The notes beneath the pieces are model-generated. The model saw only the letters and a program-made list of their open reading frames with translations, searched no databases and had not been told where the DNA came from. A stretch of DNA of 64,000 nucleotides from assembly GCA_964019335.1 (NCBI GenBank), contig OZ025724.1:124001-188000 (forward strand), read 5' to 3'. Both the position numbers and the translations under genes were made by a program. The DNA comes from Diplonema japonicum (lineage: Eukaryota > Protista > Euglenozoa: Diplonemea). Position 1 is the stretch's first letter; each line of letters starts with the position of its first letter. This document shows positions 9,415 to 20,589 of the stretch, in pieces.

Positions 9415-10077
9415 CTAGACACGTGTGTTGTGTTTCCTGCCTGGGGTTGTCCTGGCCCACACATCGTCTGGGATGCAGAGGATGTTGTGTTCGGAGTATG
9501 TCGCGCAGATGTGTTTGAAGCTCTGGAGCCTTAGCCGTACGTCGGTGTCTTTGACCATGTACCTTCCCTTCTTCCTGAGAGCGATGAACCAGTGGCCGCT
9601 GAGACTTCGTTTCAAGGGACCAACGATCAAGCAGGGGCTTTCTTTCATGCCCGCACGGAAGACCTCCAAGTTTGCACCAACGACCATGAGGCAAGCACGT
9701 GACAAGGTCGAGCGGGAAAAGTTGCCAAGAGGATCGGGCGCTTCATCAGTGCTGGAAGGGGAGATGAGTCGTGAGAAGCCGTGGTACATCTCCTGGATCT
9801 CCTGCATTGTAGAGAAGGGGATGCGGTCCACACCAGCATAGTCCGCCAACCAGTTTATGACGGCCCAGCCGCATTCCAGGCCCAGGCGACCTTCCCCGCT
9901 GTTGGTGTGCAGGTTGATGGGGGGCGAAAAAACCTGGTCCGTGACACCAGATGGTGAGACCACGGAGGCTGCTCGGGGTTGTGACGGTTCGACAAGACCT
10001 GAAGAGCTGTCCGAGGAACTGTCCGAGGGCTCGTCTGAGGGGCCCCCCGAGAAGGCGACGAGGAGACGACTGAGGAG
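9415..10077 (-). CDS. Josephin-like papain-fold cysteine protease domain, probable C-terminal part of the PLE ORF
   Basis: Frame open 10077->9415. ECGWAVINWL (Cys 9871-9873), LGNFSRSTL, GHWFIALRKKGRYMVKDT (His 9592-9594, Asp 9547-9549). Confidence 0.65.
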   Translation of the reverse strand, partial: LLSRLLVAFSGGPSDEPSDSSSDSSSGLVEPSQPRAASVVSPSGVTDQVFSPPINLHTNSGEGRLGLECGWAVINWLADYAGVDRIPFSTMQEIQEMYHGFSRLISPSSTDEAPDPLGNFSRSTLSRACLMVVGANLEVFRAGMKESPCLIVGPLKRSLSGHWFIALRKKGRYMVKDTDVRLRLQSFKHICATYSEHNILCIPDDVWARTTPGRKHNTRV

Positions 10078-12650
10078 TCAGCTGAGGAGTCGTCCGAGGA
10101 GTCGTCCGTGGGAAGCGCACGGGGTTTCTTGGGGCCTATGTACGTTTTTTCCGGCAACCAAGAATCTACCGGGGCTTTGGCGTCGTATCGGTGGAGGACT
10201 TGCGTGAAGAAGGCCAGCAGGTTGCTTTTCTCCATGGCGAAGCGTCGATCCACGCGTTCGATAAGGAAGGCGTTGTACGCTTTCCGCAGGCCGCCCTCGT
10301 CGTGACCGCGATCTAGGAGCAGGTAGATCACTGAAGCGATCTCCCGTTTGAGGTCCGCGATGTTGTTGGTCAGGGCGCAGGCACGGATGACCATGCCCTT
10401 GAAGATGCCTGGTCCCTGGGTGGTGGGCGCCGCGGTGTGCCCGTGGGTGAACCGCGTAGGCCGGAAGCGCCAGTTCTGCGCCTTATCGTTAATGCTAAGT
10501 CTAATATAGTTGTGCTTAGCTTGTTCGTGGCGCTCTATCCGGATGCGAATCCCGATAAAGGGGACGTCGCATGGGTCTGAAGAGGTCTTTACATAAGCCA
10601 TGCCATAAAGCTCCTCCGGGGGTGGCGCAGTGCTCCACAACAGGAAGTCGTCGATGTAGCGACACGCGTTGCAGTAGCGTTTCAAGGTCTCCCAGTCCTC
10701 TTCGGCGAGGAGCTTGTCGATGTATGCAGCCTCCACGGCGTAGCAGAACAGGTTCGCCAGGTCGGGGGAGGCGTTCCCACCCATGGGGATACCCTTTACT
10801 TGACGAACGGCGCGGCCACCCTGCACAACATAGGTGTTGTCAACAACGAGGTCCAGGAGCTTATGGATCCGTTCCGGGGTGTAGACATCGTCCTCGTCGG
10901 CATCTGTGAAGGAGCTCCCGTCCTTGCCACGGGTGAGGTTCTTGCCGGTGAAGTCGAACGCTTCTTGGACTGCTTTACGAACCCCCTCTTTCAGACGCTC
11001 TTGGTCGAGGTTGGTGTACATGTCCCGGAAGTCGTACGTGGCAGGGGACAGGCTTTTGTAAGCCGTGTACTGCTGCTTGATATCCGCAGCTACGTTCTCG
11101 GCCGAGTCGACGATCCAGTACCGCTTTAGTCGGATACCGTCGGGACCGTGGGTCTTGGACCTGCCCTCCAGATCCTTGTCCAGCAGCGCGCGTTGGACAG
11201 CCTTCAGGAGGGAAGACAGTTCTAGATGGAGGGCCGTGGTGGCAGCTGTGGGTTTCTTAGCTTTATTGCCCGTTGTATCGCCTGCTGCGACCAAGTTCTC
11301 CATAATTTCCTGCGTGCTGACCGCTGCTGGTTGGTCCACAGGGGGTGCATCAGTGGAGGAGACACCAGAGATCCACCTGACGCCCACTTTGTCTTCGTGT
11401 AGCTTCAGGGTACCGTACAGGTATGGCATGCGACGTGTGGAATCGAGGTTGAAGGTCTTGGCTTGATCAGCTATTTCGGAGAAGATCGAGTCCAAGGGCT
11501 TCGAGACCGGCTCGAAAGCTTGGCTATCAAGCTGTTGGTGCAGGATCCTGAGGTAGTGATCCTTGCAACAGACGCCAATGTCGTGGGTGCTTTTGTCTAT
11601 GGGGAGGAAAACGTAGACCTCCTGAAGTTTCCGGAGCTTTGTCTTGATGAACTCCGGGACTGAGGGGTCGAAGACCGGAGACTGAGTGTGGGGGTGGAGA
11701 AGGTTCTGTGCCTTGGCGAGGAGGACCTTCCGGAAGGAATCCTTTTTCACTGCAGGGGATCTCCGAAAGTTCTGAGTGATGAACCCGTTGATGTCCTCCT
11801 CGAGACTTTGGGAAGAGAGGAGGGCGTGTGTTGAGAGGCGGAACTTCATGCCTCTGTTCAGAACCTCCTTCACTTCGTCGTCATCGATGACCTCTGCTAG
11901 TCCGCAGGCGTGTCCCTCATGTGTGTGTGAGGTCTTGCGCTTCGAGCAAGGGCAGTTTGTTGTAGGCTCGGCCGCTTCTGGACGCGGGGTCCCGATGCTG
12001 AGCTTCGTCACATTGCACACTGTGGCCTTGAGGGTTTGACCAAGCTTGTTGCACATGTGTACTCTGCGAAGGAGGGCTGGCTTGGGGCATGCCGCAATTA
12101 CCTCCTTGTCCTCGAAGACCTTACGCCAGAGGATCATCTCCTTGGCCTTGTGGTCAAAACTCGTTTTGAACCACACGAAGCCTTCGTCTCGGCGGACCAC
12201 CTTTTTCAAGAGGGCAGGGCTGAGGCGGTTGGTGAGGCCTCGTTCGATAGCCGCGATCTTGGCGGTGAAGAAGTTCCCGACGAAGTAACGTCTCAGGAAG
12301 TTCAGGTACCTGAAGACGGTCTTGGGGGCCCAGGTAGTGAAGTCGTAGTTCAGCACATCGGGGTGTGCACACATCGCGGTGATCTTCATACACAGGGACT
12401 TGTAGTTGGACCCAGTAGCCTGGATCGACAGCTCCCCGTCGTCGTTCAGCCGTATCGAGGGAGCAGTAGATCTGGTGGGGGTGTTGTTGGGGTTCGAAGG
12501 GGACGTAGTAGTGTTGCTGCTGGGGTCCTGTTTGGCATTCGAGCGCCCCTGGTGTTGGTGTCGCTGCTGTTGCTGCTCGCGTACCGTCTTAGGTTTACGT
12601 CTCGTGTTGCGGCGGCGACGGGTCTGCGTCTTAGCAAACCTACCACGCAT
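9855..12650 (-). CDS. Penelope-type reverse transcriptase
   Basis: Motifs: CPC..H..GH linker, FLPIDKS, PYLYGTLKLH, TYDFRDMYTNL, QVKGIPMGGNASPDLANL, RYIDD, VPFIGI, and thumb region GIFKGMVIRA. Confidence 0.92.
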   Translation of the reverse strand: MRGRFAKTQTRRRRNTRRKPKTVREQQQQRHQHQGRSNAKQDPSSNTTTSPSNPNNTPTRSTAPSIRLNDDGELSIQATGSNYKSLCMKITAMCAHPDVLNYDFTTWAPKTVFRYLNFLRRYFVGNFFTAKIAAIERGLTNRLSPALLKKVVRRDEGFVWFKTSFDHKAKEMILWRKVFEDKEVIAACPKPALLRRVHMCNKLGQTLKATVCNVTKLSIGTPRPEAAEPTTNCPCSKRKTSHTHEGHACGLAEVIDDDEVKEVLNRGMKFRLSTHALLSSQSLEEDINGFITQNFRRSPAVKKDSFRKVLLAKAQNLLHPHTQSPVFDPSVPEFIKTKLRKLQEVYVFLPIDKSTHDIGVCCKDHYLRILHQQLDSQAFEPVSKPLDSIFSEIADQAKTFNLDSTRRMPYLYGTLKLHEDKVGVRWISGVSSTDAPPVDQPAAVSTQEIMENLVAAGDTTGNKAKKPTAATTALHLELSSLLKAVQRALLDKDLEGRSKTHGPDGIRLKRYWIVDSAENVAADIKQQYTAYKSLSPATYDFRDMYTNLDQERLKEGVRKAVQEAFDFTGKNLTRGKDGSSFTDADEDDVYTPERIHKLLDLVVDNTYVVQGGRAVRQVKGIPMGGNASPDLANLFCYAVEAAYIDKLLAEEDWETLKRYCNACRYIDDFLLWSTAPPPEELYGMAYVKTSSDPCDVPFIGIRIRIERHEQAKHNYIRLSINDKAQNWRFRPTRFTHGHTAAPTTQGPGIFKGMVIRACALTNNIADLKREIASVIYLLLDRGHDEGGLRKAYNAFLIERVDRRFAMEKSNLLAFFTQVLHRYDAKAPVDSWLPEKTYIGPKKPRALPTDDSSDDSSADSSVVSSSPSRGAPQTSPRTVPRTALQVLSNRHNPEQPPWSHHLVSRTRFFRPPSTCTPTAGKVAWAWNAAGPS

Positions 12651-13720
12651 GTTAAGGGAGCAAGCCAGCCTATTGATGTACTGGTTCTCCCTGGGGATCG
12701 CAACACGACGGAAGGACTTGGCGTCGTCGAAGAACTTGGGGTTGATGGGAAAGCGAATAACGGGCCCCCGTTTTCCCTGAGGGCCTTGTGAAAGCGGGTG
12801 TCGTTGCTTTCAGCGTTCTCTCTGTGCGATCTGGCGCTGCTCCAGTGGCCCTGCATACGACGACGTAAGGTGTTAAACGTCTACCCTGCGTACACAGGTT
12901 CACCGTGTTTGTCGACAGCGAGGTAGATGATACCTGCTGCGTCCTGTTCGGGGGCCTTTCCTTGGCGCATGTTCTTTACGATGCGGCTGTACTTGGCCAT
13001 GAACTTGGCGGCTGCGTCCTGGCTGAGAGACTCCCAGAGGGCCCAGTCAATGCTGCCGTTGTTTCGTTTGCAGCTGACCGGGCTAGGCTTGGAGATGTCC
13101 CGCGACTTCTTGACTTGGTCCTTTGCCATTGTGCTAAGGAAGAAGTCCTTGCGGATCTCGTACCTGTTTTGATCTTTGCCCCAGCGGTTATCGTAGGCAG
13201 GTTGGTATCCGTGACGATAGGCGGGCTGGGGGCCAGACCGGTGGTTCGGCCGGTGGGCCGGTTGAGGAGTAGTAGGCGTTTTCCGTAAGGTCTTGACGGG
13301 ACGCGTCGGTGCTACACCTTCGGTGAAACAGGCACGGACTCCATGGTGGTGTAGGAGTGCCTGCGTGAAGAGTGCATAGGGAATATGTGTGTCCCTGGTG
13401 GCGATCTCCAGGTGGACTTTTAGCACGTTGCCGTTTTGTACGACATCACGTACGAAGAGGGCCTTTCGGACACCCGCACCATAGGCGTCACAGATGGTGC
13501 GGATGACTTCCTCTCTGGAGGGCGACCTGTTGATTGCACGGTAGTTGAAGGGGTGGGAGTTATATATGCGCGACTGACTATACTTCTTATAAGTGTTTGT
13601 TTTATTCGTTGTTGACGGAAAGGTATTGATCTTTAGGGGTGCATTTCCTGCGGCACGCCGCACCTGTGATGCGCGCGTGTCATAACGAGTTGGAAAGCGG
13701 CCATAGGCGGGTCTCTTCAT
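12651..13720 (-). pseudogene. PLE N-terminal region and GIY-YIG endonuclease (interrupted)
   Basis: GIIYLAVDKHGEPVYAG*TFNTLRRRMQGH reads in one frame (TAG where CAG/Q is expected). After a frameshift, RENQYINRLACSLN continues in the RT frame. There is no CxxC in the GIY-YIG motif. Confidence 0.8.
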
Positions 13721-14983
13721 CGCTATGAAAATGCTTGATGCTTTAGAAAAACGGAGGGTTTCTACAAAGGTGGATTGGTTACCTGACTCCTAGCAGCAGT
13801 TTTATTTAGGACAGCTTTTAGAATGACAGTCACAAGTTGGTCAAAGCACTAGACGGGTTAGAGGACCGGGGACAAGGAGGTCTAGACATGTCATAATGAG
13901 CTGATGGTGGGTATGAACTGCACCCGTTGCCGTAACGGGGTCCGACCGGAGTATTTCAACATGAGCCGAGTTGCCTACTGAGGGCTTTTTTTCCACCACT
14001 TTCCTGAGCGTGCAGGATGGTCCTGTGAGAAGGACGTAGCCTGCGCGGGCAGCAAAGCTAACGAAGGGTTCTCCTTGTCTAGGTAAGAACGGGGGGGAAA
14101 AGGAATAGTTGGGTGCATAGAATGGATATAGGGCACTATATATATGTGCAAATATACGTTCAGTCATATAGCGCGGCTCACCTCATCAAAAAAACGTGCA
14201 TGCCTTGCCTGTATGTTCACCCGTGCAGTCAGGACTATCACTGCACGGTCGAGAGCTCCCCAGGGCCAGTTTACGAAACCTATCATCGCCCAACTAACGC
14301 CGTGTCTCGCATGGACCCCCTCTTTGACGTACAAGGGGCTGAGCGGATTTCTCAGGATGTAGGATGTAGAGGTGGGGAGTCTCTAGTTGTGCGGTCAAAA
14401 GGCATTTTATCAAAAACGGGCTTTTTTCGGAAGAATGCCCTCGAAAACTTCGGCTTTCAACGACGAACGGGAGGAGATCAGTTTCGTATTTGGGTCTACA
14501 TAAATGCGACCCTGCAGAGTGACCTACGGTGAAGTAAGTCCTCATTGTTGGTCGCTGGGGTTGGTACAGCAAAGCTGTGAGAAGTCTTAAAAACTAATCT
14601 TAAGAGTTAAAAACCTGCAGAGCCTCTGGTTGCGTCTAAACGGCGCCCACAAGGTAGTGCAGTTAGAGGCAACTGAAATGGCTTTAAGTTAGGATGAAGA
14701 AGCGAAGAAATAGATAAAAAGGGGTGGGAAAGAATAAATACTGCATACGAAAACAGAGAGTCGAGTAAAAAAGGGAAAAGGTGACTGACATCCTCAAGAG
14801 GAGCCTCCCACGTACCAGGAATTAAGCAGAGGTTGCTTCCATGGCCCGTATCAGTCTATCGCCGGAAAGAATAATGAAAATAACGGAACGAAGTGAAGTA
14901 GGAAAAGAGAAAAGACGGCCTGGTCGCCAGGAAGTGCTGGTTCAGACGCGTCGGCGGACCCCACCCATAGGTTAGACACTTCC

Positions 14984-16934
14984 TTACTTTTTTCGCTTGG
15001 GCCTCGGAGTGCTAGGGGGGGTTTTGCTTTTGGGACTTGGCTCAGATGACGACCTGGGGAGAAGGGTATGTGTTTGGAGACGCTGGTACCTTAGGCGTTT
15101 CTTCGGTGTGGCCGGGGCCTCCAGAGGGGGTAGATTGGGGTGGGTAAACCACTGGTTCGTGATAGTCGGCAAAGCAAGCTGGGCACAGATGCACGTTACA
15201 AACCTTGCAGATGAAGATAGTTTGCACCCGGACCCCCAAAACACGCATGTGGTGTGTGCATTGTCTTGCTGCATCCAGTTTTTTGGACCAGTGATCTTTG
15301 GTGAAGTCGCGCCTGGCATCTTCCCTGGGCCCCTCGGTCCCCATTTCAGAACGGGTGCTTGCTGGGCGGTTGTTTCCGGACTGGCGCATAACAGTCGAAA
15401 AGCTGTTGTCGCTCATCGCGAACCCGTTTTTGGGCCTGCCTGGGCCTACTTGCTTCTTCACTGGGGCAAGATGAGGTACATTCTGGCGATTTTCTTCGGA
15501 TTGTTACCACCATTGACTGGACTTTCCTCGGATTGTTTCCACCACAAACCCGATTCCCACATCTGTTGTACAAGGGTAACGCCAGTATAGAAGTTATCGA
15601 TGCCGGGGTACAAGGGGAACGCTACCGATGCCGAGCCATCCACAGGTGGACACGAATAGTGGCATCGACAAGTCACGTGGGGTGCGCTTTCAGACTGAGC
15701 ACGACGTTCACTTCATGTCAAGCAAGACGCCATTGAAGGCACCGCAGGAGATATGGGAGAACGTTGTAAGAGCTTTCATTGTCGCGCTCGAGCTGCAGGA
15801 CAAGAAGCTCGAAGCAGAGCTCCGCCGCCGAGACATTCTGGTTGCCATGTTGTCCTTTTTTGGCATCATAAGCATTGGTGCTTCTGCAGTGATCACGTGG
15901 TACGCCAATCCTGTACGCGAGTCAGGGCTCCCAAACACCAGCACCCCCCTACAATGACCTCGATCCTTCACCAAATGGGAAGGTAATATGCCAAGTGCTG
16001 AGATACCTCACATCGGGGTCCACAGTGCTGTGTTTGATTGCTTTCACGCTTTTACAATGGTATTACAGCAAGGTCTTTACAGTAGATCGACAAGTTGAAC
16101 ACGACCCTGTGTCAGATCCTGCCCGGTGCACAGCCTCACCTGTCCTCTTTGCAGGCTGGAATACTCTGAAGCGATGCCTACCGTGTGACTTGATCATACT
16201 CTCATCAATGATCGATTCTCCGGGGGAATAGTGTTGCAGACAGGTAGGGGAGCAAGAATCTTATTTTTTGCAACCTGTCTGTCTCTTCACCCCTCCAAAA
16301 TGCAACGACCGCTGTAAGCGCAAAAGCAGTAACGTTTCATTACACTTGCCAAAAAAAGGTGTGGCGAGGGCACAAATGGTCGGCCAGTAATCTTTTATGC
16401 CAGCCTTGCGGATGATGTCCACAAGGCCAGAAACTGATAGATATCGTCTACAGTGAAGTCAAAGTCGGGGTTGTGGTACTTGCAAACGGTGCAAAGAGAT
16501 TTCACAAACCCCATTGAGATGAACAGCTTGGAAATCCTTGATGCACTCATGTGGGAAAAGGGTGATTTCTGCCCCCCTGTGCCCTGTCACTTCTTACGCG
16601 TAACCTGCGTAATATCGCTCTCACAGGGCATATTTTCACTCTTCTCGTCACTACTGGCGCTAGGTGAGGTCCCATCGTCAGTGAGAATGTCCCCTTGGGC
16701 ACTCCCGAACTCGTCTGAATCAGTACTGCTCATATGAGCTTTCGTGCCACCAAAAACTGGTTTCGAGGGTGTTTTTGGAGGTTAATCTAGGGGCCAAAAG
16801 TGCTTTTCGATGGAAAAGAAATCGCGGAACTAGGTCATTCTGTGCAAGGGTAAGGGTCTATGGTACAATAAAATGCCTATACAAAAATCTTATTTTTTTG
16901 ATCGCTAGATATCTAGCGCTTCGTCCTTTAATGG
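14984..16934 (-). mobile_element. Degenerate piggyBac-like transposon
   Basis: Fragmented transposase motifs IIDESMIKSHGRH..FQPAK, IDNFYTGVTL and the C-terminal Cys cluster CKVCNVHLCPACFADYH. The terminus ...cctttaatgg abuts TTAA at 16935-16938. The other end was not found. Confidence 0.8.
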
Positions 16935-16949
16935 TTAAAAAACTTTTTT

Positions 16950-18760
16950 TTTCACGTTTAACCACGTTTTTAAGGACCATGTGACCCCCCCTACCTCCCG
17001 CCGCGTGTCCCTTAGGTCGTGCCAAGGAAAAAACATGTCACAACAGTGTACGCATCCGCCGGATTCTCCCAGGACCTCGCGTAGAACCCAGACATCTCGC
17101 TTTGCGCCTCCTCCGCGATCTCTCGGCTCCGGCACAGCATCTCGAGCATGACCTCGTCACCGGAGTAGGCCTTCCGCCAAGCACCAAGGACGACAGTGCA
17201 CGCGAAGCACCACGTTCCGGAGACCCAACACCCGAAAAGCAAATTCCAGCAGTTCCAGCAGGGCATACATCTCCAGTCGAGCAATGGCCGCTCCTGCCAA
17301 GGCTCGCGGTATACGTCCCCACCTGACGTGTCTCCTCCCGTCGAGCATCAGCATGCAGCACCACCCCGTCAAGCTGGCATCCGTGAAGGCCTCGAGCCTT
17401 ACTGTAGGTCGTTCCATTCGTTCTGTCTCAACTCCTCGAAAGCAGCCCGCAACGCACGTTGCACCGACGCTGGTATCATTACGAGTGTAGTCCAAAAACC
17501 CGCTCGACTGACATCCACCTAAGGATGGACTTGAACCTGAAAAGAGGGAGGGCCAGCGCATGAGCTCGCCAAAGTACAAGACCGCAGAGCCTCCACCACC
17601 TCCGAAGCTGTAGGGGTCAACGACAATTTCGACTCAGGGATCGCTGAAGAAGTTGAAAAGGGGACCTCTCCGCCTGGCTGAAGTACGTCATATACAGCAG
17701 AACCGAACTCGGGCTGAGGCGCTTCTCGTCGCGTAGACGCTGCACCCACATCGCAAAGCACATCTCCTTTTGACAGGTGTGGCTGAATCCTCTGGAGCTG
17801 CTCGCGGAAGGCCTCCGATCTTCGCATCACTGAGAGAAAAGCCTGACCCTTGTAAGCGGTGGACATCGTCTTTAGCGTGTTCTGCCGTAGCTCTGGAACT
17901 TCGCTCCCGTCGACAGAGTCCTTCTTACGGATGGTTCCGCCACGGAGAAGATCGCTCCATGGGGAATCAGAAAGCGTTATAGTTGGAAGAGAGGAAGGAG
18001 GAGAGGGATTTTTTGATTGGGGAAGGAGGGGTTTGGGTTTCGGGGAGAGTGAGGCCGCGGCTCACTTTTTTGGAGTCGAGAAACTTCCCAACCTAGTCCT
18101 CTTAGGGGTTCCACCTTGTCTGTTTCTCAACCTGTCTGCTTCCCTCTCCCTCTCCCGATCCTTCTTCAAGACCTCAAGCACGGCCTCCGTAGAGTTCATG
18201 TGCTTAAATGTAAGCCGTAGCTTTTTATCGGAGAAGTCCTCCCAGTGTGACCCGAAGAGATACCCCTCGTAAGCGCGAGCCTTCTGAATCCCGAGCCGGA
18301 AATTCTGGCCACACTCCGTGAGCACGCGCAGAGCTTCAAGCCGTAGCATGTAACTGTGCAGCGTCGGAAGTAGATCCTTAAACCATTTGCCTTCCTCGTC
18401 GCGAGCTACCCGTAGGTAGTGCCAGATCCTCATAGATTCGTGGCAACCCGCGTTGGCGTCACTCTCCGGCTTGTCCACGAAAGGACCGTAACGCAACGCG
18501 ATCGCGGACAGGATTGCGTCCACCCCCGAAGGGCAATCCAAGTAGGGGACCCACTCCACGACCCGCCGAAGATCCAGGTCAAACGGGACCTCCTTGCGCA
18601 GAGCCGTTAATTCGTGCTTCATGCTTCAGGGCCATCGCGTCGTTCCTCGCCACCATCAGCTGCACCAAGTCTACCTCAGCGACCCCGCCAGTGTCCGTCA
18701 TTTCCGCGCTCCTCGTCCTCCCCTTCCGCATGATCTGCCCCCTCGTCGGTGACAACTAAG
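16950..18760 (-). mobile_element. Internally deleted DIRS/VIPER/TATE-like retroelement (putative gag + RNase H)
   Basis: RNase H motifs FTDASLTGW..IARLEMYAL..ENPADA (17050-17400). A charged gag-like ORF lies at 18062-18622. No RT or tyrosine recombinase was recognised. Confidence 0.65.
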
Positions 18761-18928
18761 TCAGCCCCATTGTCAACTTCCCAGCAACACGGAGGGCAAA
18801 CCCAAAGCTCCTCTGAACTCGTAGGGCCTTCGTTTTCATTTTGCCCGTTTTCATTTTTGCCCCTTTTCTTTTTCTTTTTTCTTTTGCGTGAACAAGAAAA
18901 ACAAACTGATAATGAATTGTTATATTGC

Positions 18929-18981
<53 letters not shown>

Positions 18982-19017
18982 TGGCGGTAGAATGCTAGTA
19001 GGCAATCAATACAGTCG

Positions 19018-20329
19018 TCAGTTGACAACGCAGCACGCTGTACTTTTGCTGTCGTCTTTCTTCACAGGAGGGCCCAGAAACTGTATTGGCTGTGCAGGTT
19101 GCGGGTTTACTACTCTCACCCTCCATGGCCTCCTGTCTCGGTCTCTCTATGTCGTTTTCTTCTCCACAGGTTTCTGTTGCTGCCTCCACGGGAACCGGTC
19201 TCGGTTTACTGACTTTAGCAACCTTCTTGTGTTCCTCGTCACCGCCTGAAGGGAACACGTCGATATGGCGAAGGGGGCTCAGATCAACAGTTTCCAAAGA
19301 CTTGCAGTCGTGGAGAAAACACTTCCTAACCGACTGGACATTCTGCAAGGGGCTCAGATCCACAGATGTCAATGATTCACAGCCACTGAAAAAATAGTAG
19401 CCGATTTTGGTGACGTTCCGGAGGAAGCTAAGATCCACAGTCGTGAGAGACCTGCAGTCTTGGAAGATATAGTTTGGTTCTGAGCAGTCAGTGGCAACAA
19501 TGTTGCTCAGATTAACAAATTTCATTGAGCGGCACCCGCTCATAAAGGACAAGGTGTTCAATGAACTCACATTCCGAAGGGGGCTCAGATCCACAGAAGT
19601 CAGTGATTCACAGCCGCTGAGAAAACTGTAACCGACGGTGGTGACTAGCGCAGACAGATCAACAGAAGCCAACGACTTGCAGTTACATAGAAAACCGCCT
19701 TTGATCGAAACAACACTCCTCAAAGGATGCAGGCGTACGTACTTCAATGACTCACAGCCACTGAGGAAATGGTGCCCAACATCTGCGCCTCTGCCGAAAG
19801 AACACAAATCCACAGTAGTTAGAGATCTGCACTCGTGGAGAAAGAAATCCCCAACAGACTGAAGACCCTGCAAGGCCGACAGGTCCAAGGTGACGAGTGA
19901 GGAGCCAGACAAAAATGAGCCCCCAATAGGGTTTGCATATTCGCTCAGGGTCCACACCTCTAGGTGCCGAAGCTTTGAGGGAAGTATGTTCGCGAAGCCA
20001 TCATCAAGAAGCACACCAGTGACATCCACCACAAGAAGAAGCTCAGGGTTCTTCTCAAGCTTCTTTTCAATCTCACTTTTTCGCTTCGAGAGCTCCCGAT
20101 ATTTAATATGACCTGTTTCCAGACACAAGAGAAGCTCGCTCCCCTGCCCCATCCCCAGCTGCTGCCAGATGTCTCATTATCCAAGACCACCCCTTCGAAT
20201 TGCAAGTGGAATCTCCGCAGAAGCCTCAGCCGCCTTCCTGTACAGGTCCTTCACCCTGTCAAGCCCAGACAGCTCCACCTCGTGCACCACATCCTCGTCG
20301 ACAGTCCTGATCAACACTGCGAGGCTCAT
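19018..20329 (-). pseudogene. Ubl-LRR-CCaaX family copy 2 (frameshifted)
   Basis: Same MSLAVLIRTVDED start with deletions in the Ubl region. LRRs lie in ORF 18995-20152. An alternative frame ends GPPVKKDDSKSTACCVVN*. Confidence 0.8.
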
Positions 20330-20589
20330 GTTTATATGGTTCGTTGTCCTTTTTCGAATATTGCGGAGAGCGACATGAAACAAACGTGCTTTCTTTTTCG
20401 GTTTCCCCCCCCGGCCGCTGTAATGTGCAAAATAAAAAGAAAGAACAACCCGAAAGGGCGAAACAGGAAGAGAAGCGCTCCGGTACCGTCATCAAGAACG
20501 CAGTTAGAAAAATGGAAGAAAAGGGGAAAATATTTTATTAAGAGAAGAAGGAAAAGAAGAAGAAAAAAAAAACTAAGAGAAATTAAAGA

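Larger units (their letters stand above)
9290..13720 (-). mobile_element. Penelope-like retroelement, N-terminal-EN (Chlamys/Naiad-like) type; boundaries uncertain (may extend to ~14600)
   Basis: Reconstructed single ORF 13720->9415 with one TAG (12881) and two frameshifts (~12770, ~10045). Order: N-terminal region, GIY-YIG, CxC, RT, Ser/Asp linker, papain-fold protease. Confidence 0.85.

Noticed and set aside
9370-9420. Hammerhead-like core gTGATGA-ccggctcaaactggc-GAAA-ctc..gggtc at the PLE 3' end
   Set aside because: It is antisense to the element, C3 is G, the stem II closing G is missing and no stem I pairing was found.
12881-12883. In-frame TAG at a conserved Gln as evidence of stop-codon reassignment
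   Set aside because: The DCN1-like host gene ends in TAG and this copy has other lesions; a C->T decay mutation is simpler.
13720-14980. Pseudo-LTR or extra ORFs upstream of the PLE
   Set aside because: No repeat of the element 3' end was seen, and the short ORFs have no recognisable motifs.
14925-14985. GGAAGTG...CACTTCC stem as an HDV-like ribozyme
   Set aside because: P2/P3/P1.1 and the catalytic C junction could not be built.
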